Virus record (IMG/VR): IMGVR_UViG_2799112330_000001
Span: 1 to 64,000 of that record
Direction: 5' to 3' (one strand)
DNA from: a virus
DNA: 64,000 nucleotides
Part shown: positions 43,201-60,017 of the stretch, one piece after another
Position numbering within the stretch: position 1 is the stretch's first letter
Layout of the letters: each line of letters starts with the position of its first letter
Made by a program: the position numbers and the translations under genes
The notes under the pieces: model-generated
The model's input: only the letters and a program-made list of their open reading frames with translations
Told to the model about the DNA's origin: nothing
Databases searched by the model: none

Positions 43201-46200
43201 TCAAAGATTGATTTGGACTATTTTTATTGCCTACTTTTATTAAAACACTTCTATCAGAATTTGTACTATTATAAAATATACTTTTTTCACTTGAATTTGT
43301 ATCTTTTGAAATAGTAGTATTTAAATTTAATTCTTTTATAAATGTATGATGTTGTCTAATAAATCTTTCTATAAATGTATTTCCAGATTTTTCTCTAATA
43401 TCTATATCATGCAATTGAGAGCTTAATTCTTCTACAAAACTATAATTAGGATTAATTGTAAATCCATAATCATTATTAGATGTATAAAGAAAATCATTTG
43501 TTATAATTCTAGAAATTCCACCAAATTTAAAATTATCTCCTTCAACAATAAATGCATATTTAACTAAATCTGCAGCAGCTAATTTAATTAAAGGATTTTT
43601 ACTAAATGCAGCTTTTCTAAAAGCAGAATATAAAATTTCAACATCATTACCAAATTTAACTTTCAGGCTATTTATGTTTACCCCGTAGAGGGAATAACTG
43701 CCACGAGAAATATAATTTGTTTCAATATAATTAAATATTTCAGCATTATTTCTAAAATGTAATTTAATCCAATCTACTTTTTGTGCAGGAGTTAATTTAC
43801 TAAAAGCTTTAATTTCTTCTTTTGTAGGTTTTTCTATATTATTTACTTTAATATCCCTATATCCTTGTACACCAAATCCAAAAATTCTCATTTTTTCTCT
43901 ATTCCAATAATTTGCATGAGGTGTAACAGTATTAGCATCGTTTTCTGTATTTTTTTCAGAAATATCTAAATTTTCAATATCCGGAATAAATCTATTATAT
44001 TTATCTACAATTAAAGGTGTAACAAGAGTTTTATTTTCATTAAATACACTGCTTACAATATATTTTTTATATTCTTTGTATTCATCATTTGTTAATCTTC
44101 TACCTAATTTATGTTCTATTAATTCACATAAACTAAATGTTTTATTATCATTAAATAGTTCTACTAATCCATAATAACCTAAACTAAATTCAGGACTTTC
44201 TAAGTCAAATAATTGACTATTTATTACAACAGATGGAATTGTAGTATACTTTAAAAAACTTGCTAAATATTCATAAGAACTATCTTTTTCTCTTAATCCA
44301 CTACGTTCAAATAAACCTGGATACAAAGATTGTAAAAATGGAATATCTTTATCATTTGTAATTTCAAATATAGCATCATTATTTGCATTAAATCCATAAT
44401 TATATATATTTATTAAAGCTTCTTTAGTATCATGAATAGTTTGTTTTGCACCAAATTTATCAGGATTACAACATTGAACTAAATTTTCTATATTTTTTGT
44501 TATACCATTTAATTGAGAATAAATAGAAAGAACTTGAAATTGATGTAATAAAGTATCATTTCCATTTAATGCATTATATAAATCTTTAACGTTTATTATA
44601 TTTTCATCAGAAAGTTTAAAAAATTCTTTTCCCTTTTTTATAACTGTTTTTAAATCAGAATAATTACTAACTTCATTATATCCAGCTTCATTTAATATTT
44701 GAACCATAGTTTCAACTATAGCATTATTATTATCATTTATATAAATAGATTTATTATTATTAAAATTTTTAACTAATTTAGTAATAGCAGGTTGAGCCAA
44801 AAATCCTATAGCTGTGCTATAATCTATTCCTAAGTCTATTAATGTTTTAAATATTCCAAATGTGTCTTCAGTTTCATTTATAATAGCACCTTCTTTTACA
44901 GCATCGAGAATATGAGCAGTTGTTTCAGAAGAATATACTGTCATTAAACGACCTAAAATATTGCGATTTGTAGTTTTACCATTATGTGAATGCCATCCTA
45001 GTTCATCATGAGCAACAATATATTCATCATCATTACTTTCTCTATATTCGTTATATAAGCTTTTTAAATTATCTTTTTTATCTTTTAAAGTTTCTCCTTC
45101 AAATATATCTTCATAAGATTTTTTATCACTATTATATATTTGCTGATTTAAATCATAAGCTACTAAAATAGGAGTTTTTAATTTTCCATGTATTTTATTA
45201 GAAACAGATAAAAATGTATCACGTTGTACAGATAGTGCTTTTAATCTAGCTCCCATAATAGCATCTTCAAAAAATTGAATTTGTGTTAAAGTATTTGCAA
45301 CAGCTTGATTATGTTTTGATTTTATTGCTTCAAGTTTAGAGATAGTTTTATTAACAGCAGTTATATCATCAAAATTAGAACGTGACATATTTTCTTCAAA
45401 TGAAGAATCATTTTTAAGTATCTCTAAAAAATTATCTATTATATTATTATTTCTTGCTTCTCTAATTTGTTGTTCTAATATAGGTAATTTTATAAATTCG
45501 TCATATTTTATAAGATTATATTCATTTGCTAAATCGTTTATAGCAGATAATAATGCAGCGTGATAAGATTCTTTTTCAGATTCTATTCTATTCCAATTAT
45601 CAGATATATTATTTAATTCATTTGTAATAGCTTTTCTATCATTTATTATATCTATTAGTTCTTGTATAGAACTTTTAATTTGAGGATTAATTTTAGGACT
45701 TTTTAAAAATATTTTAAATTGTTCAATATAATGTTTATCTCTTATTTCTAAATCACCATAAGCATCATTTATTTTTTTCATATTTCTGCTAATCATTTCT
45801 TTTATATTAGCAGGTAATGATTGAATTAATTCATTTTGTTGTTTATAATTATTTTTAAAATAATCAGTATTTTGTAATTTAGCTTGTATATTATTAATAT
45901 CTTTTAAAATATTAGATATATTATTTCTTTTTTCTTCATTTAAAAGTTTATTATCTTTGTTTAATGTATCTTGTAATGTTTTTATTCTACCATTTTTAAT
46001 TAGTTGTTTTATATAAGCTATATATCTATTTTCTCTATCTAATTGAGTATCTTTATTATTTTCATTTATTTTTTCAAAATTTTTAGTTTTTTCATTATAT
46101 CTAAAATTATGACATATACCATAAATAGAGTCAACATCAAAGTCAGAACCTGTTTGAGTAACCCATTCATTAGGAACAAATATTGTACTACCATAAATAT

Positions 46201-49200
46201 CATCGACAAAACCAACAACTTTCATTATTGCAACAGATTGTTTTCCTTCAGTAGGAATACGATAGCCAATATGTTCTAATAATTTAGCATCATTTAATTT
46301 TTTAAGAATTTCTTCATCAAACTTTTGTTGTTCTTTTTCTATTCTAGTATAATATACATCATTACTTTCATTTTCTTTTTTAGGCGTACGTTTATATTTA
46401 GGAATATTCATACTCCAACGAGGAATAAGAACTTCTATATATGGAACATAATTTCCTTTCTCGTCACTATGATATTTTAATGTACGTATTTTTCCAGTAG
46501 TATCTCTAACACCTGTACCTACACCTGATACTTGTGCCATATGCCAACCTGGAAGAGTTTGTTTTCTAACTGAAGAATTAAACAAAGCTTGAGTAACACT
46601 TTCTTGTTTTTCACTATTTATATTCATAAAATTAGGCATTTTAGGATAGCCAGCAGTTTCATCTATTTCAAAATATTCTTTAAAATTACTATCCATTCCA
46701 AGTCTTTCTGCTTCTTGTAATGCTCTTATATAGAATTCTCTAAAATCAAGTAATTCTTTTCCATTGCTACGATTAACAATTCTTCCAGTATTTTTATCAA
46801 TCATCCAACCCATATTAAAAAGCATTTGATCATAACTTGCTTTAATATTAGTTGAAAAATTAGTTATAAATGCGTTTACAAATTTATCTACATCTTCTGT
46901 AGCATTATCAATTATTTTCTTTGTAATTTGTAAACCTGCTTTATTAACTTCATCTTTGGTATGTTCAGCTACATCTTGCTGTTTCCAAAGATTTCTATAA
47001 TAATAATCTTCTACTACATTATAATTATAATTTCTATTATCTCCATCTAAAGGGGAACTAATTTGAGAAATAAATTCATCATAATTAACAACTTTTTGAT
47101 TATTATCCCAAAATGTTAAAATATCTCTATTGGCTGCTTTAGAAGTTTCTATTGTATTAACTTGATCTATACCAGCTTCAACCATAGCGTTATATAATTT
47201 CTCTAAATCAGTTCCAACTAATAATTCAGGAATAAGTACAAATTCAGCATTTTTTATTTGACGAGGATACATTGTTCCTGTCTTTTTATCTGTTTGTATA
47301 TCAAAATAAAAATTCTTTTGTACTTGTATTCTTTTATTTATAGAATTAATATCAACGTCTGCAAGAGTTATTTCTTTAGAACGAAGTTTATTAATAGTTT
47401 CAATTAAATCTTTATATTCATTATAAGTGCCATCAGCATACCTACGTCTTATCCATTCTTCAAAAGTTATATACGATTGAGCATCATTAACTTTAGTTTT
47501 AGCATTAGTAAAAGCGTCACTTAAATAATTTACTAATCTATTAGCAACAGATTTAGAAACAATACCATCTGCTACTTTTTTATCCATAGTTTTTTGCAAT
47601 TGTTTTTTAATAATATCTCCTTGCTCACTTGTTTTTACTGTATTTTCAATAGTTATTGCTCTAAAACCGTTTCTTGCATATATAGGAACTTGTTTAATTA
47701 TCCATTTTTCTTTTCCATTTTCATCTTTAGTTCTAACTTTTATATTAGATGTAGTTATTAATTCTTCTTTTCCGTTATATTTTAAATTATGTATATCTGT
47801 TCCAGGTTGCTCATAAATATCACCACCATAATAAACTTGTCCACCAGCTTGAACTTCTTTTGCTCGTTTTAAAAAAGTACGTATATCATCTTGACGATTA
47901 CCTTCATCGTCTTCAGACCATTTATTATAAAATTTATTATCACCTGTAATTATAGGTTCTGTGGCAAGTCTTATATAAGTTGTCGCTAAAACAAAATTAA
48001 CAACATCTAAGTTTGTTTTATTTAATTTTTTAAGATTTATATCCAATACATTAGAATATTCATTTAAAGCATCTGTAGTATCTTTTTGAAATTCCATTAG
48101 CCAATCTGATACAACATCATCTAAAATATTATCTATTTCTTCAGTATATTTAAAATCTACAATAACTTTTTGTCCTTTTTTATTTATATTAAGTTTTATA
48201 ATATCAGAATCTTCATTTATATATAAATTGTCTTTATCATCTGTATAAAATAATGAATTAGTATTTACATCCCCGTAGAGTGATAATTTATTATTTAATA
48301 TGCTATCTACATCAAAATTACCAATTTTAAATAATTTATCAAATCTAAAGAAATTACCAACTAATTTTCCATTTTCTATTATTTTATTGCCTTTTCTATG
48401 AACTAAATTAATAAGTCCTTTTTTAGATTTAGCTATTTTCCAATTGTTTCCACCAACTTTATCATTATCTTCAGTTTCTATAACATTTCCTAGTTGATGT
48501 ATATAATTATATAATTCAGATTTTAATAATTGTTTGTAACCTAGAAATATTTCAGAATTTTTATTTATTTTTCTTTCTATAGAATTCTCTTCAATTTCAT
48601 TTTCTATAATATTATTTTTAAATATGCTTACAAATGTATCTGTTAATGTATCTTCTAAAAATTTATTTTTTAATACATATAAATTATTAATTTCACTAAA
48701 TTTAAATATTTTTTTACTATTATCTACATATTCTATTTTCATTTCTAAATAAAATGTAGTATCGCCTTCTTTATAAATTATTGGAACAGTAGAAACCCCA
48801 TTACTATTTTTAATCGAGAAAGCATAACTTCTATATGTATCATTATTTTTACCAATTAATGTTCTAAAAAATTTAGATTTGTCAAAATTATGTTGTTCTC
48901 CAAGTCTGTTTAATTTATTATTTAATTCATATTCAAAATCAGTTTTAGCCAATTCATTTATTTTTGTAACTTTATTATTATAAAGTGATATAAATTTTGC
49001 AACAGCTACAGAATCTTTTCCATCATAACTAAAAATATCATCTGTTTTAATAGGAGGAACAGACATTATATAATTTTTTTGAGCATCTGATGGAGTATCT
49101 AAGAAAAATGCTAATCCTTTTTCTTCTGTGCCTGGTTGATTAATACCATTAAAAAATGCTAAAAGTTGTGTAAAGAAATAATCACTTTTTGTAGCAGATT

Positions 49201-51448
49201 GATATGTTACTGATTGGCTATAATCTGTTTTTTGAATACCATCAAAAAGAAATATATCAAAATACTTTTTAAAATTTTCATTTACAACTATATTTCCTTC
49301 ATTATCTTTTATAAATAAACCTGGTCTTATAATTCTACCTTTTCTATCTTTTAATCCATAAAAAAATGGATTTTCTTCTATTTGACTTAAATTACCATAT
49401 CTTCTAATTAAAGTTCTACTTCCTTTTAAACTACTTTCTTTAATAGCCTCAAAAAGATTACTAATATGGCTATTTGCTATAAGATTAGAAGAATTATTAC
49501 CATTTGCATTAGGTGAATTTAAATCAATTGTAGTAGTATTATAACTTGTTAAAAGTTTTGTTATTGTAATTAAAGAAGCTTTAATACTTTTTTCATTTTC
49601 TATATCAATTGTTTCTTCTAAACTAAAAGTTGGACGTATGGGAGATTTAAGATTTGTACTTTTTATAACATTATTAGCTAAATCTTCCATTTCTTTATCA
49701 AAGGCTCTTCTTTTTTCTCTATATTCGCTATATTCTTTATTAAATTTATCTCTTCCATTACTATATTTTTTATATAATCTGTCAATTTCTTTAGAAAGTT
49801 GTTTTACATGGTGTAATAAATTAAGTACATCGGCATAAGGAGCATTTTCTATAAAATCAGAAATTGCTGTAAAATTATAATTTGGTGCAATAGTTCTAAA
49901 AAAATCAATAATAGGTCCAATAAGTTTAATTTTTTCTTCATTAGACATATTTTCACTAATATTTAATTTAGAAATTTTTTCTTGTAATTCAGAAGAAACA
50001 TTCAAAAAATTAATTGTATAATCATTACGCAATCTTAAATATTCTTTATTGACTGCGTCTGCATCATTATTACTTCTAGAAAATTCAAATTGATTTGTTT
50101 CTGGATTTATTTTTACAGTAGCTTTTTTAACTTTGTAATGAGCTAAATTTCTATATATATTTCTAGCAAAAACAGGATTATTTTTCATTTCTACAATCAT
50201 TGGCATAATTCCATAAAATTCAGGAATTTCAGTAGCCATTTTAGTAAGTTTTTCTATAAGAGACTCTATAGAATTAAAACTATCTATAGTTTTGACATTT
50301 TTAATCAATTGAATATAAAGATTTTCTCCATCATAATTTTCTTTTACTCCTAAAGGATTATTTCTAGAATAGTTAGGAATTTCATTTTCTCCAGTTGTAT
50401 AAGGAGAATCTAATTTATATAATACAGTTCCTAAATATATTTGAAAATTACTATCAATTAATTTTTTATAACTATTGGCTACTTTACCTTTATCCCAACC
50501 ATTATCTTCATTTCTATCTTGTTCTGCATTTTCAAAATCTATAGCGTCGTCGAAATCTGTGACTTCATAAATATCATCAACGTCTAATTTTGAAAATTGT
50601 TGACTAACTTTATTAACTGTAGCTAAAGATTTTACTTCAGTAAACCAAATAGCATAATTATACATAACTTGATTATATAATGCAGTATAATTTTTAACTT
50701 CAGTAGTTCCAAATATTTCTATAAAATTTAATAAAAATGCATTTCGTTCAACAGCTTTAGCTTTTAATAAATCATTTATTTCTTTTTTATTTTCAGCAGC
50801 AGCATTTTTAAAATCATTTTGCAATTGTATCAATTCATTATTTAATTTTTTTAATTCTATTAATTTAGAACTTAAAATTTTTTCTTCATCTGTTAATTTA
50901 TCAGAGTTATTTTCTATTTCTGATTCTTTAATTTTAATAAATGATGGAAGCACATATCCATAATATTCATCTTTTATTTCATTTTTAGTAATATCAAATA
51001 TTTTTTCAATAGATTCATTTTGATGTTTTAAATAATTAATTCTTATTCTATTTGCAGTATAATTTTTTCCATATTCTAATGCAATTTGATTTTCAAATCC
51101 TCTAAGCTCATATCCTTCTCTTATAGCAGCATAATCTTTAACATTTTCGTTAGTTACTCTATAGTATCTGTTAAAAATTGCACTTAATTGATTAAAATTA
51201 TAATTTTTTAATTCTTCGATAGTTTTAAGTTTATTATCTTCAGAATAATTTAATCGTAAATCGCTATTTATACTTTCTAAATATTGATTTGCAATTTTAA
51301 CTACTTCATCCAAATGATGTTCTAAACCATAAGCAATAGTTATTGCTTTAAGTTTATTGTTTCCTGCAACTTGGTCACTTTCTATGACTCTTTTTATACT
51401 CGGAGTTATTATTTCCGATGTATTTAAATGAAAAATAAGACAATTCAT
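37277..51448 (-). CDS. giant virion-type protein containing an RNA polymerase catalytic (double-psi beta-barrel) module
   Basis: A single 4723-aa ORF. TGSDFDVDSIYG (DFDVD encoded at 46130-46144, residues 1769-1773) resembles the universal RNAP metal-binding motif DFDGD, as in crAss-like virion RNAPs. Hydrophobic segments occur near the C-terminus (IAGIIGTALLVIGMYAMW). Confidence 0.75.
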   Translation of the reverse strand: MNCLIFHLNTSEIITPSIKRVIESDQVAGNNKLKAITIAYGLEHHLDEVVKIANQYLESINSDLRLNYSEDNKLKTIEELKNYNFNQLSAIFNRYYRVTNENVKDYAAIREGYELRGFENQIALEYGKNYTANRIRINYLKHQNESIEKIFDITKNEIKDEYYGYVLPSFIKIKESEIENNSDKLTDEEKILSSKLIELKKLNNELIQLQNDFKNAAAENKKEINDLLKAKAVERNAFLLNFIEIFGTTEVKNYTALYNQVMYNYAIWFTEVKSLATVNKVSQQFSKLDVDDIYEVTDFDDAIDFENAEQDRNEDNGWDKGKVANSYKKLIDSNFQIYLGTVLYKLDSPYTTGENEIPNYSRNNPLGVKENYDGENLYIQLIKNVKTIDSFNSIESLIEKLTKMATEIPEFYGIMPMIVEMKNNPVFARNIYRNLAHYKVKKATVKINPETNQFEFSRSNNDADAVNKEYLRLRNDYTINFLNVSSELQEKISKLNISENMSNEEKIKLIGPIIDFFRTIAPNYNFTAISDFIENAPYADVLNLLHHVKQLSKEIDRLYKKYSNGRDKFNKEYSEYREKRRAFDKEMEDLANNVIKSTNLKSPIRPTFSLEETIDIENEKSIKASLITITKLLTSYNTTTIDLNSPNANGNNSSNLIANSHISNLFEAIKESSLKGSRTLIRRYGNLSQIEENPFFYGLKDRKGRIIRPGLFIKDNEGNIVVNENFKKYFDIFLFDGIQKTDYSQSVTYQSATKSDYFFTQLLAFFNGINQPGTEEKGLAFFLDTPSDAQKNYIMSVPPIKTDDIFSYDGKDSVAVAKFISLYNNKVTKINELAKTDFEYELNNKLNRLGEQHNFDKSKFFRTLIGKNNDTYRSYAFSIKNSNGVSTVPIIYKEGDTTFYLEMKIEYVDNSKKIFKFSEINNLYVLKNKFLEDTLTDTFVSIFKNNIIENEIEENSIERKINKNSEIFLGYKQLLKSELYNYIHQLGNVIETEDNDKVGGNNWKIAKSKKGLINLVHRKGNKIIENGKLVGNFFRFDKLFKIGNFDVDSILNNKLSLYGDVNTNSLFYTDDKDNLYINEDSDIIKLNINKKGQKVIVDFKYTEEIDNILDDVVSDWLMEFQKDTTDALNEYSNVLDINLKKLNKTNLDVVNFVLATTYIRLATEPIITGDNKFYNKWSEDDEGNRQDDIRTFLKRAKEVQAGGQVYYGGDIYEQPGTDIHNLKYNGKEELITTSNIKVRTKDENGKEKWIIKQVPIYARNGFRAITIENTVKTSEQGDIIKKQLQKTMDKKVADGIVSKSVANRLVNYLSDAFTNAKTKVNDAQSYITFEEWIRRRYADGTYNEYKDLIETINKLRSKEITLADVDINSINKRIQVQKNFYFDIQTDKKTGTMYPRQIKNAEFVLIPELLVGTDLEKLYNAMVEAGIDQVNTIETSKAANRDILTFWDNNQKVVNYDEFISQISSPLDGDNRNYNYNVVEDYYYRNLWKQQDVAEHTKDEVNKAGLQITKKIIDNATEDVDKFVNAFITNFSTNIKASYDQMLFNMGWMIDKNTGRIVNRSNGKELLDFREFYIRALQEAERLGMDSNFKEYFEIDETAGYPKMPNFMNINSEKQESVTQALFNSSVRKQTLPGWHMAQVSGVGTGVRDTTGKIRTLKYHSDEKGNYVPYIEVLIPRWSMNIPKYKRTPKKENESNDVYYTRIEKEQQKFDEEILKKLNDAKLLEHIGYRIPTEGKQSVAIMKVVGFVDDIYGSTIFVPNEWVTQTGSDFDVDSIYGICHNFRYNEKTKNFEKINENNKDTQLDRENRYIAYIKQLIKNGRIKTLQDTLNKDNKLLNEEKRNNISNILKDINNIQAKLQNTDYFKNNYKQQNELIQSLPANIKEMISRNMKKINDAYGDLEIRDKHYIEQFKIFLKSPKINPQIKSSIQELIDIINDRKAITNELNNISDNWNRIESEKESYHAALLSAINDLANEYNLIKYDEFIKLPILEQQIREARNNNIIDNFLEILKNDSSFEENMSRSNFDDITAVNKTISKLEAIKSKHNQAVANTLTQIQFFEDAIMGARLKALSVQRDTFLSVSNKIHGKLKTPILVAYDLNQQIYNSDKKSYEDIFEGETLKDKKDNLKSLYNEYRESNDDEYIVAHDELGWHSHNGKTTNRNILGRLMTVYSSETTAHILDAVKEGAIINETEDTFGIFKTLIDLGIDYSTAIGFLAQPAITKLVKNFNNNKSIYINDNNNAIVETMVQILNEAGYNEVSNYSDLKTVIKKGKEFFKLSDENIINVKDLYNALNGNDTLLHQFQVLSIYSQLNGITKNIENLVQCCNPDKFGAKQTIHDTKEALINIYNYGFNANNDAIFEITNDKDIPFLQSLYPGLFERSGLREKDSSYEYLASFLKYTTIPSVVINSQLFDLESPEFSLGYYGLVELFNDNKTFSLCELIEHKLGRRLTNDEYKEYKKYIVSSVFNENKTLVTPLIVDKYNRFIPDIENLDISEKNTENDANTVTPHANYWNREKMRIFGFGVQGYRDIKVNNIEKPTKEEIKAFSKLTPAQKVDWIKLHFRNNAEIFNYIETNYISRGSYSLYGVNINSLKVKFGNDVEILYSAFRKAAFSKNPLIKLAAADLVKYAFIVEGDNFKFGGISRIITNDFLYTSNNDYGFTINPNYSFVEELSSQLHDIDIREKSGNTFIERFIRQHHTFIKELNLNTTISKDTNSSEKSIFYNSTNSDRSVLIKVGNKNSPNQSLIKKILGSDQTKGFVKIKSKNDKIELYKVERIEIENALYGIYLYPIGILEENEYNDYSVKEENNPLYKHEYYETQFKDIIKVLPTVDLDKYKYENRATAEDKVENYKIPVYAAEKMENDEFQQILNGEKGDESSKKGIEMFIEQITDFIKTPVEGDDIKKYTVAATLNPYLMNLFKENTSIIQDILVDGELHTIIIKPYKRKNLESLKRILRDNAISGKKKYTSNKAEDNLIDYLFKNKFADKHMLLSVEIGYKTDEELNEAVKEEDNERKIKAAVTNLLIDEDDVSRPLDSKVEPIDKFAGELAKRMYNRSKRSDNSIIQRFARKVSTGELIVDDKDSVIKNKRNIFVSAASYYEQEANLLLDRMKHYVIGEGENKKDFNIGNPNLYEELLKYPEYYDDLIALILNAKNFGRDIGEVFSLDVEVEDEIINKSIETIRKSINLIRNNNLLNGENGAISNIFNIYIAKKYSNNPLIRHDLIKLRTQFGDINWFDLQIADAGFTNNKQIQTVLKLVYGIIDRVRDIEAPDAVREFQEKYDNIMKSGNIDMNKIIDEHGKYIQKYNDKYFEDKQTVIDNYIEAMAKYGKYSEQALKAKLERDEWFAKNVEQLLVKEYYDAINEATRRILYGDETINGENAINYFIEYNKLKDELSGFTYDASAMTESDIKRIKEIHSRLSELTQETKGEFDTTEDGEIISMSSDNIYIDRQAQILNHYIKSLKEINSKYKEYEPTDSWVKTIRHYLDIISEFDKLHPGLSLNAKLENPSYKEAYVWVNKNSIYSINEKTLKEISKNYEILRGSKHSTFKNITIWCKRNGFVDEFGRIDGRKLSLEQQRGIKNAMENSKLRSNASILSDDALINQVRFKKPIYKDKFYLDVYGGEHFSQNADKLEKIKEINKIFVNANAVTSKGIDMILLLSHLNIEELRNLRDKINELREIKGKKLPKDIRNRLKALTEKVTDNESFKADYLTVKSHFQTSEPAKFAIWLQMFVEHDSETGDLVMEDNTYVPEYLFYGYRSPIESQKDKYIDKEKTAARNFIDENIEYVTNEYYKEAWDNAVNNGAFEEWFEANHIYNQFTKRYETIPIWSNMRIKNEVSRNKYEYIPTFDNSERNPRHDDEVDYRNPNYKTYGSHFKEDTADKKYINEKYSKANLNDNEIKMLNFLINTARKYVINNGQRSFADTYAPRLMEHRADKKFRRNVVLDILGVNYRSSANDKWHEEIGYLYDSDPDFQMFELLKNEGYKERVKARPRNEGETDEQYSKYLNDIKKENEEIHKNNLELDSAMLNRNWREVYSQLVLNGENYLARNKAKNSLYLLLEDLLENDAIKGNRITGKPIVNKNSSNNPEMIKYLTEKQEHAFKIMQTFARRVIYDEYKKQHKLTGAANLLQGFTSSKYMMLNIHGGIANVSTGLVNILAERFAGEYFSNKAWWKAEAKYGANVLSAIADMYYDDASSFTNGLIKLINAVDYDEINGELVKSATAVEFARRLNDFLFSPNSMGEHFMQNTAALAMIEDARIYEDGNGGYRIGNINDYMRDIEIETLKEIITEWGDSYKINSTSIITLFNNYIKNIKKDKKVQYDYDTFKKDICMDFIQLITRQANDNSKLANEYIKRRKSAIEKAKKEFETKDRLIDQFEFKLNKNGDGRGVTRIKHDSKLNINPSTGELDSTIGNTTFKEFTRRIIYVNKKIHGVYDKLGRATIENEFWGSLVMQYHKHIYPGIMKRYRGIFGGGGYYNELLEGVEMGSYTSLLRFLSTEFRNLDLKKKQIIDENGNIVDTDISALESLQNIAHAFIATITHISLNWNLLPAWEQRNILRAIGDIAGIIGTALLVIGMYAMWDDEDFKDDLLLANTLYTANRMFSEAYMYLPTGMISEFDSLWASPVAGSSNIKDIMKGFEILSEILFNDDFNPKYTTGQYKGRYKLEVLATRNIPVYRIYKNILNMGARNSYYNGGTGNSKAQAGLREIGKSLKE
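42741..42755. repeat. dispersed motif copy (CCTTCTACAGGGGTT)
   Basis: Inside the 4723-aa gene, where it is read as TPVEG. Confidence 0.6.
43678..43695. repeat. dispersed motif copy (TTACCCCGTAGAGGGAAT)
   Basis: Inside the 4723-aa gene, where it is read as SLYGV. Confidence 0.6.
47043..47058. repeat. dispersed motif copy, TAA-type loop (CCATCTAAAGGGGAAC)
   Basis: Inside the 4723-aa gene, where it is read as SPLDG. Confidence 0.5.
48270..48283. repeat. dispersed motif copy (TCCCCGTAGAGTGA)
   Basis: Inside the 4723-aa gene, where it is read as SLYGD. Confidence 0.55.
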
Positions 51449-51579
51449 AATTTTAATTTTTAGAGCATAACTTTTAGGAATATGCTCATTTATTATTAAA
51501 TTATTTATTATTTATAGGATAGTGCGAAATAAAGCATATATTTGCGTTATAAACGCACTAACCTATAAAACAATATAAA

Positions 51580-58316
<6,737 letters not shown>

Positions 58317-58317
<1 letters not shown>

Positions 58318-60014
58318 TATTGTTGAAATTTATTTTTATAGGCTGTTCTAATATTGCGTCTAGTTTCATCCACAGATTGTTCTCCTAAAATAGATAATAT
58401 TTCTTGAGTTGTAGCTCCAGAAGCATTGTTATATTCAGTCATTAAAGAATCAAACCAATCTTCTGTTATAACACCCAAATTAGTATAAGTATTTAATTTA
58501 TTTTGAGCAGTTATTACTTGCCAAAGTGCGGCTTTTGCTGCTTGCGGACTTCCAAATATTTGATTTAAATTAAATTGTGTGCCATTGGAATTATTATATA
58601 AATATACATAATTACCATTAAAATCTGAACCTACTTGATATGTTCCTTGAGAATTACTACCTTGTAATCTTACACTTTTTTTAAACTTAGGCATATGATA
58701 GCCTTCCATAGTTTTTATTTCATCTCTTGCAATAACACCTAAATCATTTTTATATGCGGCAATAGCTTCTTTTTCAAAAAAATTATTAACAAAAACTTTA
58801 TATCCAGGATGTACTTGTTTACTACCGTCTTTATTTTCTCTAGCAGGAATATAAATTATATGACCATAATTTTCTCCATCTGTGGCAGGTTTAATAGATA
58901 CTGCATCCGATTGATTTTCCATAGCATATGCTATATCTTGAATTATTTGATCTCTAGTGACATCATTTGTGTTAGGTTCGAATTCACCACCTTCAAATGT
59001 TTCTCTTTTAAATTCATTTCCGTTAATAGTCCATACAGGAAAATTAGCAGCATTAGTACCAACTAGTTGATTATAAAACGTTTTTTGTATTTCTTGTTTA
59101 TTAAATTTAGTTTCACCAGCTTTAATACCAAAATTTACTCTATCCATATAAGCTTGCATTTCTTGAAAACTTCCTAATCCATTACCTGTTTTTATTTGTC
59201 CATTATCTACAAAAGCAAATGTATCTATATAATCTAACGATGAATGAACAGGAACATTATCTACAACGGGATTTTGATATTTAGAATTAAGTTTGTTATA
59301 TCTATAATCAAATTCAATTAAAGCATATCCAGCTTTATTTAAATATCCTCCATCGCCAACATTATGAAAAATTGTTTTAACAGGATATTCTTTTGTAATA
59401 GAATTTATACTTTTAGCTAAAACCATAAAAGCGTTTTCATCATGAGGAATTGTAACAGTTCTATTACTTTTATCTACATATATACCATATTTAGTTAAAT
59501 CTATTTTATTATTATTTGTATATTTTTCTAAAGCGTCGAAATACCATTCATTAAAATTAATAGTTTTACTATCTTGAATTTGTCCATTTTTAGTAAACAA
59601 TTCATTATAATTTTTAATTATTTCTCCAAATCCATCAGGATAATAAGTATTATCTGCTTGTCCAACTGGATTAATATTAGGGGCACTACTTCTGAAAAAA
59701 CCACTTTCATTAGGTTTATAAAAGTTTGAAGCTTCGTCCCACTTTCCACTAATTAACAAATTATAAAAATTATATTTTGCTTTATCTTTATCAGAATATC
59801 CCTCTATAGCATTCTTATAATTATCTATTTTTGTTTGTTGTATTCTTTCTTCATCATTAAATTTCATTAAATATTCATTATATCTATCTTCATTTATTTT
59901 TCCATTTTCAAAAGCAGACTTTACTTTATTTCGCCTATCATTATAATCTATCAATTGAAAACCATATTCCAATTGAGAATTAACATCAAAATTTTGTTCA
60001 GGCATAATTATCAA
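58317..60014 (-). CDS. hypothetical large structural/cargo-block protein
   Basis: 565-aa ORF. Its stop overlaps the next ATG by 1 nt (TAATG). Confidence 0.8.
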
Positions 60015-60017
60015 TAA

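Noticed and set aside
51537-51544. Plus-strand TAtaTTTG box between the giant genes, as a possible antisense promoter.
   Set aside because: There is no TTTG -33 partner at the 19-21-nt spacing. Single -7 matches are expected by chance many times in this composition.
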